The position numbers and the translations under genes are program-made. Source: Malacoraja senta (Eukaryota). From it: a stretch of 64,000 bases of DNA. Below are positions 51,371-63,950 of the stretch, in pieces. The stretch is from assembly GCA_038087875.1 (NCBI GenBank), contig CM075986.1, positions 13,578,001 to 13,642,000 of the forward strand. Direction: 5' to 3'. Positions within the stretch are counted from its first letter, which is position 1, and each line of letters opens with the position of its first letter. The notes under the pieces were generated by a model that was not told the DNA's origin, ran no database searches, and saw nothing but the letters and a program-made list of their open reading frames with translations.

Positions 51371-51806
51371 TCCTCTACTTGCATTCTCCTGTGGGAGCGC
51401 AAACCTTTTCTGTTGAGGAAAGGGCCTTTTTTTTTTTTTAAGGACAGCCCTTACAGATACTATCTGAAGAAGGGTTCCTCGTCAAAACCCCATCTGTCCA
51501 TTTCCCTCCACAGATGCTGCCTGACCTGCTGAATTCATCCAGCAGTTTGTTTTTTGCGAGAGGCCGGGCAATGGCTGTCCGCACTTGCAGGAAGTCCGCA
51601 GTGCTCGTATTTCACGTATCTCAACCATTCACAGTCCAAGTATATGTCTCATTATCTGGTTAGAATGTGGTGTCTTTCTCTCTTTATCTTTATTCTTTAA
51701 AAAAAAAAATTTAAACTGAAGCTATGTAAGAAATCTGTATTTTAATTGTCGCTTATTACTATTATTTGTATACATGCTTCTAAAAAAAATATTAAAAAAA
51801 AAAAAA

Positions 51807-51873
51807 AATGTTGTGTCTCTGAAGACTCATGGTCGGTGCTTCAACGACCATGAGTCTTCAGAGACACCACATT
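51807..51873. repeat. 29-bp stem hairpin (28/29 match) with 9-nt loop between two A-tracts
   Basis: aatgttgtgtctctgaagactcatggtcg-gtgcttcaa-cgaccatgagtcttcagagacaccacatt. Confidence 0.9.
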
Positions 51874-52274
51874 CGTTTAAAAAAAAAAAATAATAATATT
51901 TTTATTCTGCCTCTCTGCCTCCTTCTCCAAAAGTCCTCAAACTGTCCTGAGTCATTGCCATGCTGATGCGACCAGAATTGCCAGTGGGGTCAACTCTGAG
52001 TGAGTATCAATGCTCACCCATTGAATGAGTATATCTGCTGCTGAATGCTGCAAAACCTGTTCCCTATTCATCTGACAAAACTCTGTGAACTTTGGAAGGT
52101 GTTTCAGCGGCCTGCAGTCGGGTTTAAAACCGTCCTGTCAAGTGACTCAATGTGAGGAGATGTAGAGTAAATGCTGAAAATACAGCGGCTGCTGAATACC
52201 CGGTTGCCTTTGAAAGCCCCAGTTTATGCTAACATTTGAGAGTGAGCTGGGCCTACCTAGCAATGTCATCAAGT

Positions 52275-52377
52275 CAAAGATAGACACAAAAAACTGGAAT
52301 AACTCAGTCAGCATCTCTGGAGAAAAGGAATAGGTGACGTTTTGGGTTGAGACCCTCTGCAGACGATTTCCTACACA
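52275..52377 (-). mobile_element. Penelope-derived short element
   Basis: Perfect 14-bp TSD caatgtcatcaagt (52261-52274 / 52378-52391). Confidence 0.8.
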
Positions 52378-52718
52378 CAATGTCATCAAGTGCCTGGTTT
52401 GAACCTGACAGAGCATTTGAGATTCCCAGCCAGAGTTGATGCTCCTGATTGGTATCCCATTGACATTAGTGCAAAGACAGGCGATAAGAACAAGACCCAG
52501 CTCATCAGTTAACATTCACTGCCTCTCCTACATGTGAAGAACAGCAACTTCAAACAAGGGCAACCAGTTGCAGAAGACCTGTCGAGGAGTTGGGAGTTAA
52601 AAGTCTACCAGTTCAACGGGACTGAGAAGAGCAGTAACATGATGTTAAATCACAATCAATGAGTTTGGGTGTCCAGGTAAGAAAGAGCAGCACACCAGAT
52701 TACACTACATGAATAAAT

Positions 52719-52724
52719 TTTATT
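52719..52724 (-). terminator. Candidate WNT3 polyadenylation signal
   Basis: tttatt on + (AATAAA on -), followed on - by gtagtgtaatctggtgtg. Confidence 0.55.
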
Positions 52725-53929
52725 TCTTTGTTTGTTGCTATTTCTAAATACTAAAAGAAGAATATGTACACTGAGTGACAGGAGAGATTATACATTTAAC
52801 ATCCGCTTCCATAGAACTCACTCTGCATCCTGCGCTGTGAAGCATGAAAGTAAATGTAGCTCACGCTGCCTTCAAGCCACCATGGCAAGTTTATAAACTA
52901 GAAATAGCAGATAAGACACTTTCTGCAAATATATAATCTCAGTTGAGTCATATATATACACATTGTGCAATAAATAATTATAAAAACATAGGCTTTAAGA
53001 ATATAAAATCAAAGGGTCAAACATCTAATTTGTACAAAACTTTGGATATAGCAACTTGCAATACAGGTTCAACTTGGAGCTAGTAATTCCAGGCTACAAG
53101 GTAGAAAAATGCTACGATAAATGCTGCAGACTGTTGGTTATTTTTAGAGCATAGGATGTCAATGCCCATTTGCTTGAAGTAACTACTCGCTCATTCAGGA
53201 AAGCTATCCATGGGGCTTAACAATGAATTCCCACCTTGCTTCTTTATCTTATCCAACATTGTTTGTTTCTTTCACAGAAAGAAGGCACATTTGTATGTAA
53301 GTAGAATTGCTCTTCAGTGGGTGGTGGATGCAAGGTCCCTGTTAGGGGAAGGCATGTCTGCATCAGCCGAACCATAAATCCACTCAAATCTCAACTTTCA
53401 ATCATATGATAAAGGTGCAACTGATAGGTGAGAAATACAGGCAGTATTAATACTTAAGTCGATGTGTAGAACGTGATATAGTCACCATCCTAAAGAACTA
53501 GGAATTTTTGTAACCAGGATCTTGTCTGATATCCTTTGACTTGGGGATATAATAAATGTACAGCTGGAATATTAAGCTGTTGTTACGATATTAATACCAC
53601 AGCTAGTATCTTGAGCCCTGTGGGATTTTGCATTGTGCAATGCATTCTGGAGGTTGTAGTCATTCCCGTCAAGGTGACAGTATTTAAATTCAGAAACATA
53701 AAAACTGGGCCTGAACAAAACTAGAATGAAACTGATTTATAGACGCCCTCGGTGGTACCAGCTTTCCTTTCTGGGGAGCTTTATTTCAGATTAGATTAAT
53801 GTTTTATCAAATATTCCAAAATAATTTCATATACAAAGCTCTTCAAAGCCGGCATACTAGGGGACATTTTTAAATATGTAATTGTTGAAGAATTTCAAAG
53901 GTCTATTGTAAATCCTTCGACCTGGAACA

Positions 53930-54300
53930 TCAGAGGCTGAGGAGAGAACTGATAGAACTATATAAAGTTTTGAGAGGCACAAATAGGATAGACAGTCAGA
54001 AACTTTTCCCCTGGGTGGAAATATCAAACACTAGATAAGAGGGTCAAAGGAGATATAAAGCCAAGTTTTTACGTGGAGAGTGGTGGGTGCCTGGAATGTG
54101 CTGCCTGGTGTGTTGGAGGAGGCAGATACGATAGTGGCATTTAAGAGGATTTTAGAAAGGCACAAGGATATGCAGGGAAGGGAGGGATATGGATGACAGA
54201 TGGAAGCATGCAGATGGAACCAGTTTAACTTGGCATCATGTTCAGCACAGTCATTTGTGAGCCAAAGAGCCAATTCCTATGGAGTGCTATTCTATGTTTT
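53930..54300 (+). mobile_element. Old CR1 3' fragment within the probable WNT3 3' UTR (antisense to WNT3)
   Basis: agaggctgaggagagaactgatagaac...gagagtggtgggtgcctggaatg is CR1 3' region sequence. Confidence 0.7.
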
Positions 54301-55057
54301 ATGTACCCAAGTTCTTCCAAACTTCCCAATGGCATATCCTGAATTTAGTTCTGTGTACCTTTACTACACCGTCAATGTTTTGTGTGGTGGTTCAGTTTAC
54401 TTGAGCGATGACTATTTCCCAACACTGGACCACCTCCAGTTTAAATTCCATTTGGAATATTTTGGAGGACCAAGAACACCACCCTCCTCCCAATCCCATC
54501 ACCTCTATCCTCTTGACAATCTAAATCCCAGAGAAGATCACACAAATTGGCTTTGCATTTTTCACTTCTAAAATAACAAAATACAAAGCTGTGATCCATC
54601 CAAGTTATGATCATTGGCAATGAGCTATAATTCTTCCAATTATTCATTAGCATTATTAGTCATAATTACTTATCAGGTTGCTGGGATACAATAAACCAAC
54701 CCATAATAGTTAAAACTATGGGATAAGTAATTATGACTAATAATGATAATGAATAAATGTTACTGAAATTAAGTGACACAAAATGGCAGCTGCTCAAGTG
54801 TAAGAGCAGTCTGGGAAGATGGGAGTGAGATATGGTCGGTAACAAGATACAATTATTGTACAGAACTTGTTTGGGGTTCAATGAGAAATGTCACCTCTTT
54901 CCTCAGTCATTTTAAATTATGACCTCCTAGTATTTGAATAAAATAATAAATTTGATTAATTAGAGACTACATTCCCCAGAATTCATTTTTGACAATGTAT
55001 GTGAAAACCAAACTTCACATATCCTGCTTTGCCCAACAGTGGCTGGATGGTGCCAGT

Positions 55058-55165
55058 CTGTGTGTGTGTGTGTCTATGTGTCTGTGCGTATGTATGCATG
55101 TTTGTGTGTGTGAGTGCATGTGTTTGTATGTGCATGTTTGTGTGTGTGTGTGTGCATGTATGCAT
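55058..55165. repeat. Imperfect (TG)n microsatellite just downstream of the WNT3 stop
   Basis: Direct inspection. Confidence 0.9.
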
Positions 55166-55205
55166 GCGAGTTTGTTATTGATGTTCGGGGGGATTGTGTG
55201 TCCTG

Positions 55206-55685
55206 TTATTTGCATGTATGTACATCATATACACGAACACACTCCTGACAACTGACATAACAACACCAGTGGAATATGCAGTGACACTTCTCCTTGCGTT
55301 TCTCCGTCCTGGTGTTGTGTCCACGGCCGCAGCACAGCAAGTCGCAACCGTCGATGCCGTGAGATGTGACGTTGCAGATCCTGTCCCTGGTCCCAAAAGA
55401 GCCAGTCTCGGGGTTTGGCTCGCAAAAGTTTGGCGAGTTTTCATAATAGACAAGGTCCCTCTCGGTCGGCGGTTTAAAGAGCTCGTACTTGGCACGAAGG
55501 GTTTCCACCCAGCCCCGGGACTCTCTGTGCTTCTCCACCACCATCTCAGATGCACTGTCGTATTTATCTTTCAGATAATCCCCAATCACCCGGAAATCCG
55601 GCTGGGCCCACCAGCAGGTCTTCACCTCGCAGCTCCCAGATAAACCATGGCATTTGCATTTCAGGTGCATGTGGTCCAGGATTGA
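55206..55685 (-). CDS. WNT3: WNT3 last coding exon (C-terminal cysteine-rich half)
   Basis: Acceptor tgttgcag|TCA ATC CTG; 480 nt incl. TAA; [31 protein letters not shown]...YDVHTCK. ILDHMHL, WWAQPDF, LRAKY and RTEKRKEKC fit WNT3 rather than WNT3A; tail-to-tail with NSF as in human. Confidence 0.97.
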   Translation of the reverse strand, partial: SILDHMHLKCKCHGLSGSCEVKTCWWAQPDFRVIGDYLKDKYDSASEMVVEKHRESRGWVETLRAKYELFKPPTERDLVYYENSPNFCEPNPETGSFGTRDRICNVTSHGIDGCDLLCCGRGHNTRTEKRKEKCHCIFHWCCYVSCQECVRVYDVHTCK

Positions 55686-56559
55686 CTGCAACAATAATTA
55701 ACAACAATTAGTAAACACTCTTCAGAACAGGACAAAATTTTCATGATATTGTGTATCTTTCTCGTGAGAGAAAATTTTGAATTATCTGTGATATTCTAAT
55801 GAATGCTCATTTTGGCAGCTATAATACTCTACTTGTTGAAAAATGTTGTCATTGTAGATTCCCTTGTCTCATGTGATCATGGATCCTGCCTATGTTAACC
55901 ACACTGGTGTGTTTGCAATCTCCAGCTAATGGTGACATACCCATGTATCAGTGCAGTGGCCCCCGCAACTGCCAGATTACTCCACCATAAGAGTTATAGA
56001 GTTATAACGCATGGAAGCAGGCCCTTCAACCCAACCTTCAATACCGATCAAGATGCCCCATCTATGCTTGACCGCGTACCTGTCCAAATGCCTTTCAAAT
56101 GCTGTTATAGTACATCCTGTGGCAGCTTGTTCCATATACTCACTACCCTCTATATGAAACAGTTGCCCTCAGGTCCCTATTAAAACTTTCTCCTCTCACC
56201 TTAAACCTATGTCCTCTAGTTCTTGATTCCCCTACTCTGGCCTTAATGCAAGATCAATTAATTTGATTAAGTAAAGCATAGGATTTTTACGTTAAAAGGG
56301 GAGCTTAACCTTTTCTGTGTATTCTTATCCAATTGCTACCCACTATATAATTTTGCCTCCAGTTTTTTAAATTTTACATACACATTCTATTAGCACCAAA
56401 TCAATGGTGTTAAATGTGCATTTAGCACTTCAACTACACCCTCAAACCAATCCTATTCTGTGAAAGCTCATAATGGACTTGTGACTTCCTTAAATAATCT
56501 TTGCATTCTGAAATAACCACCACCATAAGCCAGGAATATACCTCAAAATAAACACTGTA

Positions 56560-56885
56560 CAGTCAAAGTCATACTGCACTAAAATAAGCCTTTAGGTTCA
56601 ACTTGTCCATACCAACCAAAATGTCCCATCCAGTTCCATTTGCCTGCATCTGGCCCATATCCCTCCAACCTTTATTATTCATGTACCTGTTCAGATTACT
56701 TTTTAATGTGTTATTGTACCTTACTCAACTATTTCATCTGTCAGCTCGTTCCATGTACCCACTACCCTCTGTGTGAAGAAGTTGTCGCTCAGGTTCCTAT
56801 TAAATATTTCCCCTCTCTCCTTAACACTATGCTTTTTAGTTCTTGATTCACTTACTCTGGAGAAAATTACTCTGTACATTCACCA
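56560..56885 (-). mobile_element. Old CR1 3' fragment (similar copies at ~55990-56240, 60780-61220 and 62175-62530)
   Basis: Similarity to the reverse CR1 tail (e.g. RTRGLEFKARGQRFHRNLRGNFFTQRVVGVWNKLP at 62257-62520). Confidence 0.65.
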
Positions 56886-58194
56886 TGAAAATATGGTACC
56901 AGCTTCCTCTTCTGGAGAACTTTGTTTCAGCTTAAATTAGGCAAGAATTACTGCCAGGTGTCATTAACATACACTTGAATTTCCAAGGCATAGAAGACTA
57001 AAGGCCAAAGGTTGGAAGATAGGATTTATGCAGATGGGTATCTACTTGCTGGCACGGACATGGTTGGCCGAATGGCCTGTTTACATGCTTATATGTGTCT
57101 ATGGGTCTATGACTTTATGGAAACTAGCGTTAAAGTGATATGAAAATTATTGAGTGTGAACTGACCGCGTATGACAGATAAATTTGAAAGGCCAAAGATG
57201 AATCCTTGTGGACACTAGAGTGATAGTGTAGATATGGGTAGAGAAGCTATTCTAGGTAATTCCCTACCTAGGACTGGGTAGATATGGTGGAACCAGAAGT
57301 CAGTTTCACACAGTTCAATGAAAGTGGGAGGTACTGGAGAAGGAGTTGTGCAGTCAATCATAGCAAGGAAGCAGACAGCTCAGGAAAAATAAGGACAAAG
57401 TAGGTTGCTTTTGTCAAAACATAAGATGACATCAAAGACTTTGGTCAATGCCACCTCGATACTAGCTGGAAGAAAGGGGCTATGCTTTGGGAAATTCAAA
57501 CAAGGAGTACCATGAAAGGTAATTTTTAGCATTGTTTTGGCCCGAGGGTTTAATGTAAGCCGCAGTGGTGACGTTCTCCGGTTTTCCCCCAACTCAGTGA
57601 CTCATGGGTTCGTGCCACTGTAGTGCATTCTTTGGTGAGTTCCACAGTGACACCAGGACAGTGGTTTGGATGGATGAAATGTTATACTGAGGCTCTGCAT
57701 GCCTCTCAAAATCTTATCAGACCTAACTAAAACTAAAACCTCAACCAACATTACTAAAGAGCAGATTATCTGAGAATATCAAATTATTGCTCAAGAGCCC
57801 ATGCATTGTGCAAATTTGGTTGTTGTGTTTCATGCATTTCAACACCATTATTGCCTCAAATGGTCCAAAATGAAATCCCCCATTGATTGTGTTTTGGTAT
57901 GTCTTGAGATTACAAAAGACATTATCATTCTTTCTTCTTAATGAAACTGACCCAAAAGCAAAATGCAAATGTCAAGTCCTTGCTAGGAATTTCTTTGCAT
58001 TGATGTTTCACACATAGAAAAAGGGAAAGACATTACATCAAGTAGAATAGCTGGTCATACACCCATGTCTTTCCTTGGGGCTGCTTTGAACGTAGGACTG
58101 GAGGTTGTTGAGGATGGAAGTTACTGCCTCATCCCCTCCAGTGACAAGTTAGTTAACAATCAGTAAACATTAATAGTTGAGACACATTTACAGA

Positions 58195-58655
58195 AAAAAA
58201 CGAAGTACCGGAGGAACTGAGCAGGTCAGGCAGCATCTATGGAGGGAAATGGACAGATGACGTATCGGTTTGGGACCTTACTTTAGAAAACCTTCAGAAG
58301 GTCTGAAACATGTCCTGGCCCAAAGTGTGCAGGAAAGAACTGCAGATGCTGGTTTAAATCGAAGGTAGACACAAAATGCTGGAGTAACCCAGCGGGACAG
58401 GCAGCATCTCTGGAGGGAAGGAATGGGTGACATTTAGGGTCGAGACCCTTCTTCAGTCTGAAGAGGGGTCTTGACCCGAAACGTCACCCATTCCTTCTCT
58501 CCAGAGATGCTGCCTGTCCCGTTGAGTTACTCCAGCATTTTGTGTCTACCTCCTGACCCAAAATGTTGGCTGTCCATTTCCCTCCACAGATGCTGCCTGA
58601 TCTGACTTCCTCCAGCAAATATTATTCTCAGGATTCCAGCATCTGCAGTCTCCTG
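58195..58655. mobile_element. Nested Penelope-derived fold-back elements (younger 58325-58550 inside an older copy)
   Basis: TSD tcctggcccaaa (58313-58324) / tcctgacccaaa (58551-58562); inner copy is palindromic about 58457. Confidence 0.85.
58458..58485 (+). ncRNA. Minimal hammerhead-ribozyme-like core with GUC triplet
   Basis: CUGAAGA-G-GGGU(CUUG)ACCC-GAAAC-GUC. Confidence 0.55.
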
Positions 58656-58885
58656 AATCTCTGAGGTATATTTGCAATTCTCTTTTGGAAATTAGGGATA
58701 GATTTGTGGCTTCAGTATTTGAACTGGATTCTTTGTTGATGATGAGCCAAGGAGCTTCATAATCTGCTGGAATGTGAAAGTGTGAAGTGAATTGTAGCGT
58801 TATATTTACAATAATTGACATAATAATACTAGTTCCAGCACACAAACATTGACAAGGTTGCTGATGGAGGTGCCTGATCTGTTTA

Positions 58886-59305
58886 GTCAAGTCAAGTCAA
58901 GTCAAGTCAAGTCAAGTCACATTTATTTATATAGCACATTTAAAAAACAACTCTCGTTGGCCAAAGTGCTTTACATTTGTTATAAGAATAGCACAAACAA
59001 AACAAACTACATACATATATACATGTAGCCCTCACTCAGAGGACGTAAGGAAAGGCTTGGGAGTATAGTTAAGTCTTTAGTCTTGATTTAAAAGAGTCGA
59101 TGGAGGGGGTAGTTCTGATGGGAAAGGGGATGCTGTTCCACAGTCTAGAGGCTGCAACCGCAAAGGCGCGGTCGCCCCTGAGCTTATGCCTAGACCGTGG
59201 GATATTCAGCAACCCCAAGTTGGCCGATCTGAGGGGCCTGGAGGTGGAGTGGTGGGTGAGAAGACTTTTTATGTAGGTGGGGGCAAGCCCATTGAGGGCT
59301 TTGTA
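58886..59305 (-). mobile_element. L2 LINE 3' end with (TTGAC)n tail
   Basis: VYKALNGLAPTYIKSLL...RPLRS...GDRAFAVAASRLWNSIP...FKSRLKT; (gtcaa)n at 58886-58920. Confidence 0.9.
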
Positions 59306-59599
59306 GACTATGTTGACTATAGTGACTATGTTGTGAACATTGTTCCTGAGGTTTGAGTCAGGAGGGAACAGAGGGGTACAAATTGGATGTAGGCCAAGTC
59401 TGTGATCATGATGACAAAATGTAATCTGAAAACGTAATAAATAAAAAGAAGGATTCACATTGTACATGCCGTTTATAGCCTCGGGTAATCCCAATGATAC
59501 AGAAGGGTTGTCAATGGTACAATATAGAAAATAAGGCACCCTGCAAGATCCCATGAACATCACTATGATAATGCAGTAACCCAGTTTAGTGATGTTAAT

Positions 59600-59750
59600 T
59601 GATGGGATAAATATTTGATAGAACACTGAGGAAACCTTCTCTGTTTTTCTACCACTTAGTGCTGCACAATCTATTATGTTCTCCTGAAAAATCAAGGTAG
59701 TGCCTCATTTAATGTGGCATCCAAAATATGCCATCTCTTTCTGTACAGTT
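59600..59750 (-). mobile_element. Deu-domain SINE relic (SacSINE1/AmnSINE1-like)
   Basis: gggataaatatttgatagaacactgaggaaac...gcctcatttaatgtggcatccaaaa resembles the reverse Deu-domain as I recall it. Confidence 0.5.
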
Positions 59751-62700
59751 CTCCTTCGTTTATCAATCTGCCAGATAGCTTCCTCTTTGGAGCGTGTCCA
59801 AAACCCAGCATAAACACAAGGCCACTGCATGGCTCTCACTTGCCAAGAAACTTGAAGAGTTGTTGCAGATGGAGACGCTGTTGATTTACTGTCTGACGAT
59901 GAGCAGAGAAACACACTGCTGTGGCGCAGCCTCACAGCTCGCATAAATGGTATTGTAATATCTGGAAATCCCATTTCCCACCACTCGCTCAAGGAACTGA
60001 TGAAATGTCAGAAATGCGCAAGAAAAATTGGTAAAGAGGAAACCATTCAGCACATGATAATTATAAATCCATGAACTCACCCTTTCTAATGTAGTTTCTC
60101 CCAACTGACTGATCTGGACTGCCATTTTTTTTTTGAATCATTTTTATTAATATCAGTTCTTCACCTAAAATAATTTAAGTGTTTGTACCACTGACTCAGT
60201 TTTTTGTGCACAATGAGTAAAATCATGCGGTCAGCTTAATTATAGTATTAAATACATAATACACGGTCATGAAGTTATGGTTAGTACCTCTAGCTCTGAC
60301 CATAACGATTAATGCAGCCTTGATAACACTTTCATATTCCACAGAAATCGTTATTAGAACACTTCCGTTACATATTGTGGAGTCATAGCTATCAATTTTG
60401 TAATCTATGTTTTGACTTCAATTTTGTGGCTGAAATAAGCAACTGTCACCAAGTCAACGACAAATTGTATCAAGCAATTGTGTGACTCCTGGCTGAACGG
60501 TATTCTCTGCAGCTTATTCCAGTCTTTAACTAAAATCTAAAACCAACTTTGTGCAACTGTCTGATAAGTTCCTATCTTACCACCAACACAATCTGATCTC
60601 AGAATGCCCCACGGTGCTTACAGCCCATGACAGGCGTTTTGAAGAGTGGTCACTACTCCAGAGCAGGGAGTGTAGCAGCCAATTCGCACACAGCCACTCA
60701 ATCAGTGAATCCTGTTCAGTGCCATTGCCTGAAGAGAAAATAACATGCACTGCTTGCATCTTGCTTAGTCAGGAATTTTGGGGAGAAGGCCAGAAAATGG
60801 CATTGAGGGAAAGATGGATCAGCCATGATTGAATGACGGAGTAGACTTGATGGGCCGAATGGCTTAATTCTGCTCCTATCACTTATGAACTTATGAACAT
60901 TTCTTTGGGTGAATACACAGTCTTTTATCAAGGGAAATCATGTACGAGAGAACATAGGTTTAAGGTGAGAGGGGAAAGATTTATCAGGAACCTAAGGGGC
61001 AACTTTTTCACGCAGAGGATGGTGAGCACATGAAATGAATTGCCAGTGGAAGTAGTTGAGACAGCTGTTTAACAATATTTTAAAAGACACTGGATGCATG
61101 GATAGGAAAGGTTTAGAGGGATATGGACTAAATGTGGGCATTTGGGACTGGTTTAAATGGTGCATCTTGATCAGCACTAACAGGTTTGGCTGAAGGGCCT
61201 GTTCCTATGCTATCAGACTATCACTCCGTGACTCTAGCGTCACAACATTCTTCATGTCTCCAAGATGCTCAATAGCACCTTGATTTTACCCCTCATCCAA
61301 AAAGCAACATCTCTGATATCGAAGCACTCTCTCTATATTACATTGGAATATCAATTGAGATTCAGAGTGAGACATAAACCCACGTACCTACAACTCAAAG
61401 ATTCATCTATCCTCTGAGCTATGGCTCTACAGCGCTATGAGCTACAGTATGAACATTTTCAAAGACCCATTATGTTCAATGATCCACTGATCTGTGTACC
61501 TTGCACTGTGCATTAGCTCTGGTGATCAGGACCATTAGCCAGAACACTTATTAATCAAACAGACTTAACATTACATTATAGTGGGAATTCTCATAGACTA
61601 GGAGAAAGCATTATGAATACTAAACCAGGAAAATAGAGATGATCAAAAGACTGTTGAGAAGATTGGTTCTCAAAGAAGGATGAAAAGATGGAGTTAGAAT
61701 CAGTCTTACAACATCTAACCGGGTCCAACCTGATCATCAAGCACCTATTTTACAGCAATTCCATTCCCATCAACTCCCCCTAGATTCCATCACTCACTCG
61801 TAAACTAGAAGCAATTTATAGTGGATAATGAATCTACCAACTCACATACCTTGGGATGCAGGAGGAAACCAGAGCATGTGGATGAAATCCATGTTGTCAG
61901 ACTGTACACAGACAATACTGGAGGTCAGGGTTGAGCTACGGTTACTAGAGTTGTGGGACAGCTGGTCTACTGTGTCACCAATGAGATGTGATTCCAGACT
62001 GTTCAGAGAAGGCTGAATAAGTGCTCAAGGGACAAGGTGAATATATACCTTGCTGGTGGAGGTGATACAAAACCAAATGTTTGATGTGGTAAAAGATTTC
62101 TGGGTGCAAATGCAAGCATTCTTAAACATAAAACGCATTAGGACAAATGAACAAAAACTTAGTCATTTGGATAGAGTCATGGACTCTTTCAACATGGAAA
62201 TAGGCCCTTTGGCCCAACTTGCCCACACCGGCCAACATGTCCCATCTACATTAGTCCTACTTGCTTGCATTTGGCCCACATACCTCTAAGCCTGTCCTAT
62301 CCATGTACCTGTCTAATTGTTTCTTAAACATTGCGATATTACCTGCCTCAACTACCACCTCTGGCAGCTTGTTCCATACACCCACCACCCTTTGGGTGAA
62401 AAAGTTACCCCTCAGGTTCCTATGAAATCTTTGCCCCCTCGCCTTAAACTCAAGTCCTCTGGTTCTGGTCTTCCCATGGTCAAGAAACTCTGTGTGTCTA
62501 TCTGATCCATTCCTCTCATAGGTTTTAAGATTTCTGAAATGAGGAAGGAAAGGGAGTTGTGAACAGCTTGGAGTCCATACAACTGGAAGCACAAATACCA
62601 ATGGAGGGCTGATAGAAATCAAGGAAGCATTACAGGTCAGAATTGATGGATTGTAGTTTTCTCCATGGGCTGGGTACAGTGTATGTCAGTTCACATTACT

Positions 62701-62787
62701 TAAGTTTGAAGGGTTCACACAGCAGCTGAGGGCAATAGACTGCAATTGCCAGAGACCAATCAGGCCTGGGTACAGATTAGCTCAGTT

Positions 62788-62957
62788 CTTTAAGAAGGAA
62801 CTGCAGATGTTGGAAAATCAAAGGTAGACAAAAATGTTGGAGAAACTCAGCGGGTGAGGCAGCATCTATGGAGCGAAGGAAATAAACAACGTTTCGGGTC
62901 GAGACCCTTCTTCACACTGATGTGAGGGTGGGGGTGTGGTGGTGGTGGGGGGGGGGG
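62788..62957 (-). mobile_element. Penelope pLTR fragment with variant hammerhead-like core (GUGAAGA)
   Basis: Matches 11695-11840; near-TSD ttagctcagtt (62777-62787) / ttagatcagtt (62958-62968). Confidence 0.75.
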
Positions 62958-63639
62958 TTAGATCAGTTGATGCAGGCATACTGATGCTTCTTCTCACAGT
63001 CATCTTCTGGAAAGTGACTAATTTGCAGTACTCTTTAAATGAGCCCTGGTGTCAAGCTATCAGTGCATGCCAGGAAGATCCACTGGCTTTATGCCACCTA
63101 CCTGTTACACACAGCAAACACCTGGATGGGGAGGTCTTCATGCCAAACTGCCTCAGGTATTATTTTCAATGGCAGGCTTGTAATTTACAGACATATAAAC
63201 TACCAGTAAACTGTGGTTACCCCTCCCTTATGAATATACTCAACTCATCCATTCCCACAAGGACTGCCCCATCTTCAACATCCTTTCCCTCCATTGTGTC
63301 CTCACCTCAGAGTCATTCTCACACCCTATTCAAGCTCCAGGTTTGTATGACTGCTCAGAGCTAACTATGACTGTTAGCAAGGTACTCACTCATTTTATTC
63401 TCCTCAGCTACATTACCTCCACTGCCCTGCTGGAGACTGGCAGACAGCAAATGCAGCCCTGAGTTCAGATCAGCTGAAGCACACATGATGAAATTTCCTT
63501 TCACAGTGCTACTTTGGGAAAGCAACCAACATGAATTACTCTTTATAAGTGCCCTGAATGCCACATACATTTAGAGTTAAATAAACTAACTACCTTGGTT
63601 CATACCAGTATTTGTCTGAACACGCTCAACTGTTTGAAG

Positions 63640-63950
63640 ACTTGCTTTTCTGTTCACTCATCATTGATGAAATCCTTGCCCTTTTCATCCTTGCTCCCTC
63701 TTGGTGACATCATCCACAGGAATGGGATTAACTTCTATTTGTCACTGATGACACCCATGTCTATCTCACCAATTTCTTGGCTGGGGTTTATGATTACTTC
63801 AGTCATGTCACACTCTTTCTTGGACATTAGGGCACAAATGATTCCAACAATTCAGCAAAGGAATGCCATAATGACAATCAACTCCCATCAGAGATGGTCA
63901 CATCCATGGTTGCTGCAACATTTTTGGAAATGGGCATATATCTGGTGCAT
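63640..63950 (+). mobile_element. Degenerate L2 RT remnant
   Basis: LGDII...(Y)ADDT.L.LT-like motif (ctgatgacacccatgtctatctcacc). Confidence 0.5.

Larger units (their letters stand above)
52700..55205 (-). other. WNT3: Probable WNT3 3' UTR
   Basis: Minus-strand AATAAA at 52719-52724 with GU-rich downstream sequence; Pumilio-type UGUAHAUA motifs at 52763-52770 and 52953-52960 on the minus strand. Confidence 0.55.

Noticed and set aside
55175-55643. Overlapping 126-aa and 149-aa ORFs
   Set aside because: Alternative-frame and antisense shadows of the GC-rich WNT3 exon
55686-55694. Start of the 162-aa WNT3 ORF given in the track
   Set aside because: Lies in the intron; the exon begins at the splice acceptor (55685)
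59069-59695. 208-aa ORF
   Set aside because: Only the C-terminal ~80 aa are L2-derived; the rest is chance read-through
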